Assembly (NCBI GenBank): GCA_021654395.1
Contig: AP024486.1
Span: forward strand, 90,001 to 122,000
Reading direction: 5' to 3'
Source of the DNA: Candidatus Saccharimonadota bacterium
GTDB taxonomy: Archaea > Micrarchaeota > Micrarchaeia > Micrarchaeales > Micrarchaeaceae
Length of the DNA stretch: 32,000 nucleotides
The stretch's first letter is position 1. Every line of letters begins with the position of its first letter. Positions 1 through 8,566 of the stretch are shown here, piece by piece. A program made the translations under genes and the position numbers. The notes under the pieces were generated by a model. That model was not told the DNA's origin, did no database searches, and worked only from the letters and a program-made list of their open reading frames with translations.

Positions 1-103
1 GTATAATTATAACATTATAGTAGGGTATGTACTAGTTGCTGCTTTCTTAATATTCTTCTTAATAAGAGGATTAGCAGAGATAATAGAGGCGTTAAAGCAA
101 TAA
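1..103 (+). CDS. 3' end of an unidentified CDS (partial, start lies outside the window)
   Basis: The frame starting at base 2 is open from the window edge to TAA at 101-103. The translation YNYNIIVGYVLVAAFLIFFLIRGLAEIIEALKQ* looks like a terminal transmembrane helix. There is nothing else to identify it. Confidence 0.25.
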   Translation, partial: YNYNIIVGYVLVAAFLIFFLIRGLAEIIEALKQ

Positions 104-125
104 AATAAAAAAATCCATATACAAA

Positions 126-752
126 TTATGCCTTTACTAGCTTAATACCTATATTTGTACCCATAGATCTGAAGTAGCCCAGATGTATCTGGAATAGCCC
201 TAGCTGTTCTAGGTATCTAGCTGCCTTTAGCTCGCCAGCATCAACAGGTTCAAAGCCTATCTTCTCACTAATCTCCATGACTCTCTTCTTTGCCTCTGCA
301 TCATCTGCTGCTATAAAAGCAGTAAGCTTTGTCCTTCCAACCTTTGCCTTAGACATATTCTGCGCAAATACAGTATTGAATGCTTTGACCACCTTTGCAT
401 TAGGCAGCATCTTAGCAATTCTTTCTGCTATTGAGTCTTGAAGATTCAATGGCTTAAAGTCTTTATCTAAAGCATTAGATACATCGACAACGATCTTGCC
501 ATTGAAGCTATCCTTTCCAGCAGCGTTTATAATCTCTTCTATAGCATGATTAGGAACTGCGAGTATTGCGACCTCTGCATCATTTAATGCATCCTTTATT
601 GCCTTTACTTCTGCACCTTTAGGAACTGCAGAAGCCTTAGATGCAGGATCTCTTGAGCCGTAAACAACGCTATAGCCTTTCTTTATTAAAGCCTCTCCCA
701 GTGCGCGCCCGACATTTCCTGTTCCAATAATCGCTATCTTCATCCAGATCAC
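126..752 (-). CDS. NADP-dependent oxidoreductase, F420-dependent NADP reductase (NpdG/COG2085) family
   Basis: N-terminal Rossmann motif MKIAIIGTGNVGRALG followed by GSRDP. The length (about 205 aa) and overall pattern fit the F420_oxidored family. The true start is probably the second Met (MKIAII, base 743). The substrate is not determinable. Confidence 0.7.
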   Translation of the reverse strand: MIWMKIAIIGTGNVGRALGEALIKKGYSVVYGSRDPASKASAVPKGAEVKAIKDALNDAEVAILAVPNHAIEEIINAAGKDSFNGKIVVDVSNALDKDFKPLNLQDSIAERIAKMLPNAKVVKAFNTVFAQNMSKAKVGRTKLTAFIAADDAEAKKRVMEISEKIGFEPVDAGELKAARYLEQLGLFQIHLGYFRSMGTNIGIKLVKA

Positions 753-842
753 CTAATAAAAGCTTAAAAGGTTAAATTTTAAAGCCTTATTATTTATATC
801 TATTTACCTAGATAAGTAGATCTTTTAAACCTATCTTTAAGT

Positions 843-1100
843 TTACTTAATAGCCTTTAGTATAGTATCAAGATCATTCTCTATCTTAGATAGTGCTTTA
901 TTAAGCTTATCCTTTGGATTCTTTGCCTTTATAATAAGCTGTGGATTTCCGATCTCAGGATGACTCTTATATACACCTGCAAATTCAACATCTTGCGTTG
1001 CAGTAAGATAGCTGCTTACTAGATCTGCTACAGTAGTATCCGTACCATCAAACTCTAGGACTAGCTCATCCTTGCTATCCTTTATAACTTTAACAGACAT
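843..1100 (-). CDS. rpoL: DNA-directed RNA polymerase subunit L (Rpo11)
   Basis: 85 aa. The pattern ELVLEFDGTDTTVADLVSSYL...VEFAGVYKSHPEIGNPQLIIKA matches archaeal RpoL. The start overlaps the csl4 stop (TAATG). Confidence 0.8.
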   Translation of the reverse strand: MSVKVIKDSKDELVLEFDGTDTTVADLVSSYLTATQDVEFAGVYKSHPEIGNPQLIIKAKNPKDKLNKALSKIENDLDTILKAIK

Positions 1101-1660
1101 TAATCTACACCTTTAGAGTAGTGAATTAGAATCTTCTTTATAAAATCTAACTTTCCGTAATACTGACTTACAGCCCTATACTCCTCATTTCCGCATTCCT
1201 TACATATTAATCTTTCTATCTTATTCTTGCCTTCTTTACTATTTAATCTTCTATTTGATGCTACTAGAAAGCTCCCACACTCGCTGCATCTTGCTAATAC
1301 TACACCATATGATCTGCCTTCTAGACTAAGTAAAAATGTATCTTTATCCTCTTTAACTATCCTTGCTAGTATTATATCAGATAGCTTCATTCCAAGATCT
1401 CCTCTATCCTTTACCATTATCTTTCCATTTATATTCGATATATATCTTATATTGCTATGAGTGAATGGAAGTATCTTCACAAACAGAACAGAGATCTGAT
1501 CATCTATTATCTTTCCTAGTATTGAATCACCGCTCTTATAAAGCCTTATCTCCTTATAGGGCTTTATCTTATTATTCTCTATAATGCCAAATTCTTCTAT
1601 ATCTACACTTCTATTATCAAGCTCTACAGAGTCTCCAGGAAATACAATATTATTATTCAT
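1100..1660 (-). CDS. csl4: Exosome complex RNA-binding cap protein Csl4
   Basis: 186 aa with an N-terminal VFPGD motif, a central S1-like region and a C-terminal zinc ribbon CSECG...CKECG. Adjacency to rpoL is typical in archaea. Confidence 0.75.
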   Translation of the reverse strand: MNNNIVFPGDSVELDNRSVDIEEFGIIENNKIKPYKEIRLYKSGDSILGKIIDDQISVLFVKILPFTHSNIRYISNINGKIMVKDRGDLGMKLSDIILARIVKEDKDTFLLSLEGRSYGVVLARCSECGSFLVASNRRLNSKEGKNKIERLICKECGNEEYRAVSQYYGKLDFIKKILIHYSKGVD

Positions 1661-2286
1661 AATCTATCAGTAGATTTCATATTAGCTATCTTAGATAATG
1701 CATCTTTTGCTGCCATTAGAACATTATAGCTAGACTTTGTTGTGCCTCTTGAGAAGGTCCAGATGTCTTTTACACCAGCATAATACATTAATTTTCTTAT
1801 CTCTTCGCCTGCAACAAGGCCTATACCTCTTGGTGCAGGAGCTATCTTTACCTCCGTATGGCCGCATTTCCCTGTAGCTGCTACTGGTATGCTATGTGCT
1901 GTTCCACAACCACACTCCCATGAACCACAGCCTATTGGTATAGCCATTATATGCTTCTTAGCATCAACAATAGACTCATCTATAGCTGCCTTTAGCTCTA
2001 CGTTCTTACCAACACCTATTCCAACATGACCGTTCATATCCCCTACTATTGATATTACTCTATACTTCGCCTTTCTACCATTCTTTGTTACTCTCTGCAC
2101 ATTCAATGTATCTATTACCTCTGACTTAAGATTTGGTAATAGGATGTCGACTATCTCTGGCTCTTTTATCTTTAATCCTTTCTCAAAGATCTGGTCTATA
2201 GACTTAATCTCTCCATTCTTTACTGCTTTTCCTAAGCTAGTCTTAGGATTAAACTCTTTAGCTTTAACAGATTCTTGATCATTCAT
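1657..2286 (-). CDS. rps5: 30S ribosomal protein S5 (uS5)
   Basis: GHVGIGVGKNVELKAAIDESIVDAKKH and the C-terminal uS5 domain. It sits in the canonical position after L18. Confidence 0.95.
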   Translation of the reverse strand: MNDQESVKAKEFNPKTSLGKAVKNGEIKSIDQIFEKGLKIKEPEIVDILLPNLKSEVIDTLNVQRVTKNGRKAKYRVISIVGDMNGHVGIGVGKNVELKAAIDESIVDAKKHIMAIPIGCGSWECGCGTAHSIPVAATGKCGHTEVKIAPAPRGIGLVAGEEIRKLMYYAGVKDIWTFSRGTTKSSYNVLMAAKDALSKIANMKSTDRL

Positions 2287-2828
2287 GCCTTATCACTCAA
2301 CTTAGATTTAATATCATCGAATAGCTTAAGGAATGTCTTTGAATCTATTAATTTAGATCTGTAGCTGCTTAGCTTATTCTTATCTTTATCTGACTCCAAA
2401 AGCTTTGCAATATGCTCTCCTCTAACTCTCTTCTCATCAATACTTAGATTTGCTCTCAGCTTCAATCCATTATCTATCGCGCCTTTAGCAAGGGCAAATG
2501 CAAATGAGTTCTTATGAACTGTATATAAACCAGTATCAAGTATAAACTCATCCTCTATCTTTGCGGCCTTTGCTTTCTTTGCTATAAGCATACCTGTAAG
2601 ATAAGCTGTTGGTAGATTCGCCTTTGGAATCCAACCATACTTCTCCAGCTCCTTTGATATAGCAGAGAGCTTCACTATATCTCCATCTTTAGCGTAGTAA
2701 ACTAGCTGCGCTATTATGCTTCTATTGCTCTTCCTAACTACTAGCCTTGGTAGGCCTGACTTTAGCAACTTCAATCTCTTTCTATAATCTGTAAGCGCTA
2801 AGGCTCTTCTTCTCCTTATAAATTTCAT
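2283..2828 (-). CDS. rpl18: 50S ribosomal protein L18 (uL18)
   Basis: RRRRALALTDYRKRLKLLKSGLPRLVVRKSNRSIIAQLV is the archaeal uL18 signature. ATGA overlap with S5. Confidence 0.9.
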   Translation of the reverse strand: MKFIRRRRALALTDYRKRLKLLKSGLPRLVVRKSNRSIIAQLVYYAKDGDIVKLSAISKELEKYGWIPKANLPTAYLTGMLIAKKAKAAKIEDEFILDTGLYTVHKNSFAFALAKGAIDNGLKLRANLSIDEKRVRGEHIAKLLESDKDKNKLSSYRSKLIDSKTFLKLFDDIKSKLSDKA

Positions 2829-2832
2829 TCAA

Positions 2833-3306
2833 TTACACCTTCTTATAGCTCTTTATCTGCTCTTCAGTAAGCTTTATACCATCTGCTATTAATCTATTTA
2901 ATAGATTTGATTTACTGTCAAAGATATTTCCTCTAACAAGTCTGTAATAGAACTTAAACTGATTGTTATCTATAACTGAATCCTCTTTTAGCTTCTTTAG
3001 TAGTCTTCTCTGAGCTCTAATCCTCTTTATGTATCTATTCTCTGATCTTGCAGATCTTGTTCCATTTCTTCTTCCATATCCTCTACTTCTTCCTTTATTT
3101 CTCTTTATTCTTCTTATCTTTCCATGCATACTTATATTCTTCTTCTCAGGCTTTGCGTATATTAAACCATCCTTAATTATCGCTCTTATATCCTCTCTTG
3201 TTAATGCTTGCGCTACTCTCTCTTTTGCTTCATCCTTTATTCTTACAGCACTTACTCCTCTATTAAGCAAGGATGCTGCTATCTCTTTTGCTTTAGATAA
3301 CTCCAT
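2833..3306 (-). CDS. rpl19e: 50S ribosomal protein L19e
   Basis: An N-terminal LSKAKEIAASLLNRGVSAVRI motif and a basic R/K-rich centre. Canonical operon position. Confidence 0.9.
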   Translation of the reverse strand: MELSKAKEIAASLLNRGVSAVRIKDEAKERVAQALTREDIRAIIKDGLIYAKPEKKNISMHGKIRRIKRNKGRSRGYGRRNGTRSARSENRYIKRIRAQRRLLKKLKEDSVIDNNQFKFYYRLVRGNIFDSKSNLLNRLIADGIKLTEEQIKSYKKV

Positions 3307-3312
3307 AAAGTA

Positions 3313-3675
3313 TCACTTTAAAGGCTTATAATTTGCTATATAAGCATTATGCTCTGCTGCTATCTTATAAAGCTCCTCTCTTTTCTTCTTTGATAGAGAG
3401 GACGCGAAGTATATTATATACTTATCTGCTTCGTTAATTAATGACTCAAGCTCATTCTTATTATGTACAACAATGAGCTTCTTGCCATCTCTTGTATTCT
3501 TATATTCCTTAGGAGTTCCATATCCTATATTTGGCTCTGCGCCCATAAATGCCTTCTTTATTCTCTTTTTGTTATCTACTCCTCTCTGCTTGCGCCATCT
3601 ATCCTTTACTCTTTTTCTATGTTTTGCTCCATAATTAGGAACATTAAACTTTGGTTTATGCTTCTTTATCTGCAT
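3313..3675 (-). CDS. rpl32e: 50S ribosomal protein L32e
   Basis: KPKFNVPNYGAKHRKRVKDRWRKQRGVDNKKR signature. Canonical position. Confidence 0.9.
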   Translation of the reverse strand: MQIKKHKPKFNVPNYGAKHRKRVKDRWRKQRGVDNKKRIKKAFMGAEPNIGYGTPKEYKNTRDGKKLIVVHNKNELESLINEADKYIIYFASSLSKKKREELYKIAAEHNAYIANYKPLK

Positions 3676-3681
3676 AATCTA

Positions 3682-4203
3682 TCACTCTACTGCATAGTAT
3701 ATACCATCTTGAAATATTCTTATATCCTTATTCTTAGGCTTACATGCAAGTATCATATTTGCACATGTCTGCTTTACATCATCTAGCTTTGTACCATATA
3801 CCTTTATATTCTGACCTTTGACCTCCACTTTTGTATCCCCAACAATATCTGCGTATCTAGGTGCTAGCTCACCAAATATATTCTTAATTAATATCTTATT
3901 GCCTTTGACTTCTACTGTCATTGGAAAGTGTGTAAATGCAGTTACCATATTAACAGTGTAATACTCTTGAACGCCTTTTATGTCATTACTTATCTCCTTT
4001 GCTAATGAGTTCTGAGCAGCATATGCTTTCCTTTCTAGCTTCTTATCTTTATTATAATCTATTACTATCTTAGAGCCCTCAACCTTTACGTTTAAGAGTC
4101 TCTTATTAAATCTCCTCTTATTTGTGCCTAAAGGCCCTTTAATTATTATACTGTCTTCAGAAACTTCTGCTGATACCTTATCATTTAGATTAATCTCTAT
4201 CAT
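3682..4203 (-). CDS. rpl6: 50S ribosomal protein L6 (uL6)
   Basis: 173 aa with the two-domain uL6 pattern (VKVEGSKIVI ... VEVKGNKILIKN ... VKGQNIKVYG). Canonical position. Confidence 0.9.
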   Translation of the reverse strand: MIEINLNDKVSAEVSEDSIIIKGPLGTNKRRFNKRLLNVKVEGSKIVIDYNKDKKLERKAYAAQNSLAKEISNDIKGVQEYYTVNMVTAFTHFPMTVEVKGNKILIKNIFGELAPRYADIVGDTKVEVKGQNIKVYGTKLDDVKQTCANMILACKPKNKDIRIFQDGIYYAVE

Positions 4204-4221
4204 AAAGATCCACTTATAATC

Positions 4222-4614
4222 TTAGTAAACATAGGCTATTAATCTTCCGCCAACATTATTTGCTATAGCTTCTTTACTTGTCATTAATCCTTTTGATGTT
4301 GATATTATAACGAATCCAAAGTTTCTAGCTGGAATAAATCTCTGCTCATATTTATATATATCATCTTTCTTAACTGCAAATCTAGGCATTATTCCGCCTA
4401 TATTGTTTATCTTACCATTTAATCTTACTATGAAGTACTTTATGTTCCCTTCGCTTATCTCTTTGTAATCTTCTATGTAATTATGCTTTTTAAGCAGCTC
4501 TAATATAAGACCCATGAGCTTGCTATAGTATAGCTTACACTCCCTATAACCCATAAATTCATATATCTTTATCTTGTTTAGATTATTAACTATAATATTC
4601 TCCATAGATATCAA
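4222..4614 (-). CDS. rps8: 30S ribosomal protein S8 (uS8)
   Basis: 130 aa with the C-terminal STSKGLMTSKEA...GGRLIAYVY uS8 signature. Confidence 0.9.
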   Translation of the reverse strand: MISMENIIVNNLNKIKIYEFMGYRECKLYYSKLMGLILELLKKHNYIEDYKEISEGNIKYFIVRLNGKINNIGGIMPRFAVKKDDIYKYEQRFIPARNFGFVIISTSKGLMTSKEAIANNVGGRLIAYVY

Positions 4615-4769
4615 CCTGGCTTTCTAAAACCAAGGCTGCTAGCAGTTTCTCTAAAGCATCTCCTGCATATATAAAGATTATACTTTCTGATAACTCCTCT
4701 AGATGTTCCGCATATCCTGCATTTCCTCAGGTACTTTCCTTTATATCTGAGTAAGTCGTAATCAACCAT
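4611..4769 (-). CDS. rps14: 30S ribosomal protein S14 (uS14, zinc-ribbon type Z)
   Basis: This ORF is absent from the supplied ORF track. By hand, the minus-strand ATG is at 4769 and the TGA at 4613-4611. The 52-aa product is MVDYDLLRYKGKYLRKCRICGTSRGVIRKYNLYICRRCFRETASSLGFRKPG, with CxxC...CxxC. It sits in the canonical slot between L5 and S8, and its stop overlaps the S8 start (ATGA). Confidence 0.85.
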   Translation of the reverse strand: MVDYDLLRYKGKYLRKCRICGTSRGVIRKYNLYICRRCFRETASSLGFRKPG

Positions 4770-4774
4770 CACTA

Positions 4775-5284
4775 TCACTTAATAAACTTAGTATTAAAGT
4801 TCTCTGACATATACTGCATAATCTCCTCTTTTGGAATTATCTTATAGCTCTTAGGTAGCTTCCTCCTGTTTATTCTCCTTCTTTCTACTCTAACTCCTTT
4901 CCTTGAAAATACTATATTAACATTCATTCCATACATTCCTATTGATGGATCATACTTCATTCCAGGTATATCTATATACTCTCTAATACCAAAGCTTATC
5001 GTATTGTTTGATATCTTTCTTGGATCTAACTTATTATCTACAACTGCAAGTAATCTTTTTATTAGATCATTTATTCTTTTACCTCTTATTGTTACATATG
5101 CTGATATCTTCTGCTTCTTTGATATTCCGAAGTTCTGAATTCTCTTTCTAGATAATCCTATAGCCGGCTTCTGTTGTGTTAGCTTCTCTAATAATCTGAC
5201 TGCTTTCTCGTTATTCTTCTCTTCATTACCAGTACCTATATTAATAACCAACTTCTCTATAATTATATTATTATTCATATACAC
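4775..5284 (-). CDS. rpl5: 50S ribosomal protein L5 (uL5)
   Basis: EKLVINIGTG...ISFGIREYIDIPGMKYDPSIGMYGMNV signature. The start is more likely the Met at 5278, giving an ATGA overlap with the S4e stop. Confidence 0.9.
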   Translation of the reverse strand: MYMNNNIIIEKLVINIGTGNEEKNNEKAVRLLEKLTQQKPAIGLSRKRIQNFGISKKQKISAYVTIRGKRINDLIKRLLAVVDNKLDPRKISNNTISFGIREYIDIPGMKYDPSIGMYGMNVNIVFSRKGVRVERRRINRRKLPKSYKIIPKEEIMQYMSENFNTKFIK

Positions 5285-5958
5285 ATCACATTATCTATAA
5301 CTGTCTTTATCTCTTCTCCTTTATCTGTAACTATTGTTACTATCTTATTATTACTGATCTGCTTAATATCTTTTATCTTGCCTGACTTACCTACGTGTAA
5401 TCCATCAATTACTAAGCATTGAGCATTCTCTTTAAACTTTATAACATCTAGAATCTTGTTTGTTTGATTCTCAAGCTTTAATGAGTCGTTAACCTTAACG
5501 TTGTTATCTATCTCAACGTTAGTGCCATCAAATAGCGTTGCCTTTATCTTTCCGCCTTTAACCTTGTACTTATTTATAACCTTGACTACTCTATGCTTTG
5601 ATTCATCTTCTGTTATGCTATCTATCTTAACCTTACCATTTTCTGTTATACCTACTCTATAGTTGCTATTCTGTATTGTTATTACATCTTGTATGCCTAT
5701 TGGATATCTTCTATCTCTTACGATCTTGCCGTTTACCTTTACTTTATCAGAGCTTAGTATTATCTTAATCTCTCTGTTATTCTCTGCTACTCCCAGCTTC
5801 CTCAATATTAATGCTAAAGGCACAGATAACTTAATATTGAATCTACCAGGTAATGGCTTTACTACATACTTATTCTCCTTTCTCTTAACTCCAAAGAATA
5901 TTGGAGCATTTAATCTTTTAAGATGCCTTTTATTTGCCTTTGAAGACATGTTATGCAC
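5275..5958 (-). CDS. rps4e: 30S ribosomal protein S4e
   Basis: KRHLKRLNAP N-terminus, an S4-like region and a KOW-like region. Canonical position. An alternative start lies at 5949. Confidence 0.9.
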   Translation of the reverse strand: MHNMSSKANKRHLKRLNAPIFFGVKRKENKYVVKPLPGRFNIKLSVPLALILRKLGVAENNREIKIILSSDKVKVNGKIVRDRRYPIGIQDVITIQNSNYRVGITENGKVKIDSITEDESKHRVVKVINKYKVKGGKIKATLFDGTNVEIDNNVKVNDSLKLENQTNKILDVIKFKENAQCLVIDGLHVGKSGKIKDIKQISNNKIVTIVTDKGEEIKTVIDNVMCI

Positions 5959-6331
5959 CCGATGACTTTACATTGAGCTTATCTGCTCTATACTTATTAA
6001 TATTAAGATCTGTTATTATTAGATTTGCTGGGCTTATTCCTTTATAGACCTCTTTACCCCTTGCATTCTTAACTTTTAATGAATCTATATATACCATCAT
6101 CTTTCTAAGATCTACCTTCACTACCTTTCCTGTTGTACCTTTCTTATCTCCTTTTATTATCTTTACTGTGTCTCCTTTGATTACACGTAAAGCTCTTACA
6201 TTATACTTCTTTCTAAGCTCTTTAGATAGATGAACATGCATTATATGATTTCTTAGATGCATCGGCATGTTAAACAAGAACTTTCTTTGCTTTCTTGACT
6301 GAGACGATTTTATCATTATAATCACCATCAT
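5951..6331 (-). CDS. rpl24: 50S ribosomal protein L24 (uL24)
   Basis: KOW motif KGDTVKIIKGDKKGTTGKVVKVD. ATGA overlap with L14. Confidence 0.9.
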   Translation of the reverse strand: MMVIIMIKSSQSRKQRKFLFNMPMHLRNHIMHVHLSKELRKKYNVRALRVIKGDTVKIIKGDKKGTTGKVVKVDLRKMMVYIDSLKVKNARGKEVYKGISPANLIITDLNINKYRADKLNVKSSGA

Positions 6332-6726
6332 ACTACCTTCTCTGCAACCTCAGCTATCTTGATATTTCTCTCTACTACCTCTCTTGCTATCACTCCTTTT
6401 ATCTCTGTTGCTATGGGTAGCAGGAGATCATTGACTAGTATTGCAGCGTTATCACTAAATATTACTCTCATTCCATTTGCTCTTCTTATAGGAGCTCTCT
6501 GCCTTATTATCATAGCTCTAACCTTCGTCTTTATCTTCTCAGGCTCTCCATCTATAACAGATCCTACTATAACATCGCCAACTCCTGCTCTTGGATTCTT
6601 TGTATATGCTCCGGATTTGCCTATTACTCCTATTATCTTTATCTTCTTTACACCGCTGTTATCTGCACATATAAGCACGCTGCCTATCGTTAATCTCTTT
6701 GAAATATTAGATGCCAATGCTCTCAT
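6328..6726 (-). CDS. rpl14: 50S ribosomal protein L14 (uL14)
   Basis: 132 aa with LICADNSGVKKIKIIGV...IRQRAPIRRANGMRVIFSDNAAILV, a clear uL14 match. Confidence 0.95.
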   Translation of the reverse strand: MRALASNISKRLTIGSVLICADNSGVKKIKIIGVIGKSGAYTKNPRAGVGDVIVGSVIDGEPEKIKTKVRAMIIRQRAPIRRANGMRVIFSDNAAILVNDLLLPIATEIKGVIAREVVERNIKIAEVAEKVV

Positions 6727-6732
6727 GTACTA

Positions 6733-7020
6733 TCACTCTAATACATTAGTAACAACAAACGATTTAGTTTTACTTAGTCTTCTTGTCTGCTGGATCTGGA
6801 CAAGATCGCCCTCTTTGACTTTCATGCAATCTGGCACGTATGCCTTTATATGTGATGTCTTCTTTATGAATCTCTCATACTTCTGTACTTTTATAATATA
6901 ATCCACATCTATGACTGCTGTCTTTCTTACCTTTATCTTTCTTACTTTACCCACTATTACATCTCCATGTGTCTTTAGATTACCATGAACTGGGCATTTT
7001 GGATCGTTACATGCTTCCAT
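6733..7020 (-). CDS. rps17: 30S ribosomal protein S17 (uS17)
   Basis: CNDPKCPVHGNLKTHGDVIVGKV...KEGDLVQIQQTRRLSKTKSFVV, the archaeal uS17 pattern. Confidence 0.9.
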   Translation of the reverse strand: MEACNDPKCPVHGNLKTHGDVIVGKVRKIKVRKTAVIDVDYIIKVQKYERFIKKTSHIKAYVPDCMKVKEGDLVQIQQTRRLSKTKSFVVTNVLE

Positions 7021-7027
7021 ATAATCT

Positions 7028-7291
7028 TCACTTTACGAACTTCTCAACTCTTTCTTTAGGCCTAAGTAAGATTAAATGGCCCAATATTATATAATATTTA
7101 TTATTCTTGTATAACATAAATATGTTACCTTTCTTTTTTACTATCTTTCTTCCTTTATCTGTATCTATTACGAATGTATTCTTTGTTTCCATTACTATTA
7201 TTCCACTAATACCTATCTCTTTTGTATCGCTGCTATCTATTATCTTTACCTTTGCTCCGTTGAACTCTTCTGCCAATATCTGATTGTACAT
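7028..7291 (-). CDS. rnp1: RNase P protein component 1 (Rpp29/Pop4 homologue)
   Basis: 87 aa. EEFNGAKVKIIDSSDTKEIGISGIIVMETKNTFVI matches the Rpp29 Sm-like barrel. It sits in the canonical position immediately upstream of S17. Confidence 0.75.
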   Translation of the reverse strand: MYNQILAEEFNGAKVKIIDSSDTKEIGISGIIVMETKNTFVIDTDKGRKIVKKKGNIFMLYKNNKYYIILGHLILLRPKERVEKFVK

Positions 7292-7323
7292 CTTAGATTA
7301 TAACTATTCTTTAAGTAGAGATA

Positions 7324-7331
7324 ATTTAAAA
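7324..7331 (-). promoter_or_regulatory. Candidate TATA box for the rnp1-S17...rpoL transcription unit
   Basis: Minus-strand TTTTAAAT lies 33-40 nt upstream of the rnp1 ATG, in the only 47-nt gap upstream of the operon. This implies a very short leader. It is a weak call because the whole region is AT-rich. Confidence 0.3.
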
Positions 7332-7338
7332 TAGATTA

Positions 7339-8565
7339 TTATCTTATTATAACTCTCTTGTCATTTGTAAGGTCTATGATCCTATCTAGCTTATATGTTA
7401 CTATTGTGTTATATGCTGTCTTAACCTTTAATGTATCATTCTGAAGATCTATCTGCTCTATCTTTCCGATATACATTCCAAGCTCATTATATATATTTTT
7501 ATCTATAGGCTTCAACCTTTTTATTATATTCCTTTTAATTAAAAGAACTGCTTTTGAGATTATGTATACTGCTATTATTGTCAGTATATTATACTCTATA
7601 AACTGATAGAAATATATTGAGGCGCTTATCCATGCTAAAGAGATCTCAAAGATCATCAAGACTCCTACAAGATATATAAATCTATTAGCAAGCTTTATTA
7701 CCTTGAATCTCTCTTTAAGTGTTGCGTAGTCTATCGCTTTTCCTAAGAAGAATGCACCAACACTCATAACTATAAATATTAATGACTCGCCTAATGCATA
7801 GGCTATATCTATTAGTACACCTTCTGCTATATCCTGATTATAATAATAGAAGAATACAAATACTGCTATAAAAAGAAGTATAACTCCAATAGTATATGGC
7901 AGTATACTTATCCTCTCTAAGCTAAGATCTATACTCTTTATATAGCTACTTATACTACTTATAACGCCAAATCCGTATAGCAAAAGATATATTCCTATTA
8001 TAGCAAGAGGTATATTCAGCCCTATATGGAGGTATGCTGCTATGGAGAATAGTAGAATGATTATTGCAGGTATACCAAATACTATTCTTGCATAATGTGG
8101 TTCTTTAAGCTTCTCAAGTATAGTGAAGTATGTTCTCTCTAGATCTGCTGCCTGCTTTACCTTGACATACTCTACTGCCGCAATTCTCAGTCTAGATCTT
8201 ATAAGTGGAATTGCTCTTTCATCGCTTGCGCCATCTGTTACTAGTATACACTCATCCGGCTTAAGCTGCTCTACAACTAGATCTAGCTGTCTAGATAGCT
8301 CTGTCTCTGCTACATAGCCTTCATCTTCTGATCCTGTTATCAATGCGATGCTTGCATCTATCTTCTCCTTTATTAGCTCATCATATCTCTTTACTGCTTG
8401 AAATAGTACATTTCCATCTGAGTCTAGAGGATCTGCAAGCATAAGTCTAATTGCAGCGTTTAGACTATCTTTTCTGCCTATAACTGGCCCATTTATCTCT
8501 GTTTTTCTATATAGATCATTATCAATATCTACTGCTAGTACTAATACTCTTTTTGCGTCAGCCAT
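7339..8565 (-). CDS. DUF373-family archaeal integral membrane protein
   Basis: The soluble N-terminal domain VLVLAVDIDNDLYRKT...GPVIGRKDSLNAAIRLMLADPLDSDGN and about 6 TM helices resemble Pfam DUF373. Function unknown. Confidence 0.65.
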   Translation of the reverse strand: MADAKRVLVLAVDIDNDLYRKTEINGPVIGRKDSLNAAIRLMLADPLDSDGNVLFQAVKRYDELIKEKIDASIALITGSEDEGYVAETELSRQLDLVVEQLKPDECILVTDGASDERAIPLIRSRLRIAAVEYVKVKQAADLERTYFTILEKLKEPHYARIVFGIPAIIILLFSIAAYLHIGLNIPLAIIGIYLLLYGFGVISSISSYIKSIDLSLERISILPYTIGVILLFIAVFVFFYYYNQDIAEGVLIDIAYALGESLIFIVMSVGAFFLGKAIDYATLKERFKVIKLANRFIYLVGVLMIFEISLAWISASIYFYQFIEYNILTIIAVYIISKAVLLIKRNIIKRLKPIDKNIYNELGMYIGKIEQIDLQNDTLKVKTAYNTIVTYKLDRIIDLTNDKRVIIR

Positions 8566-8566
8566 C

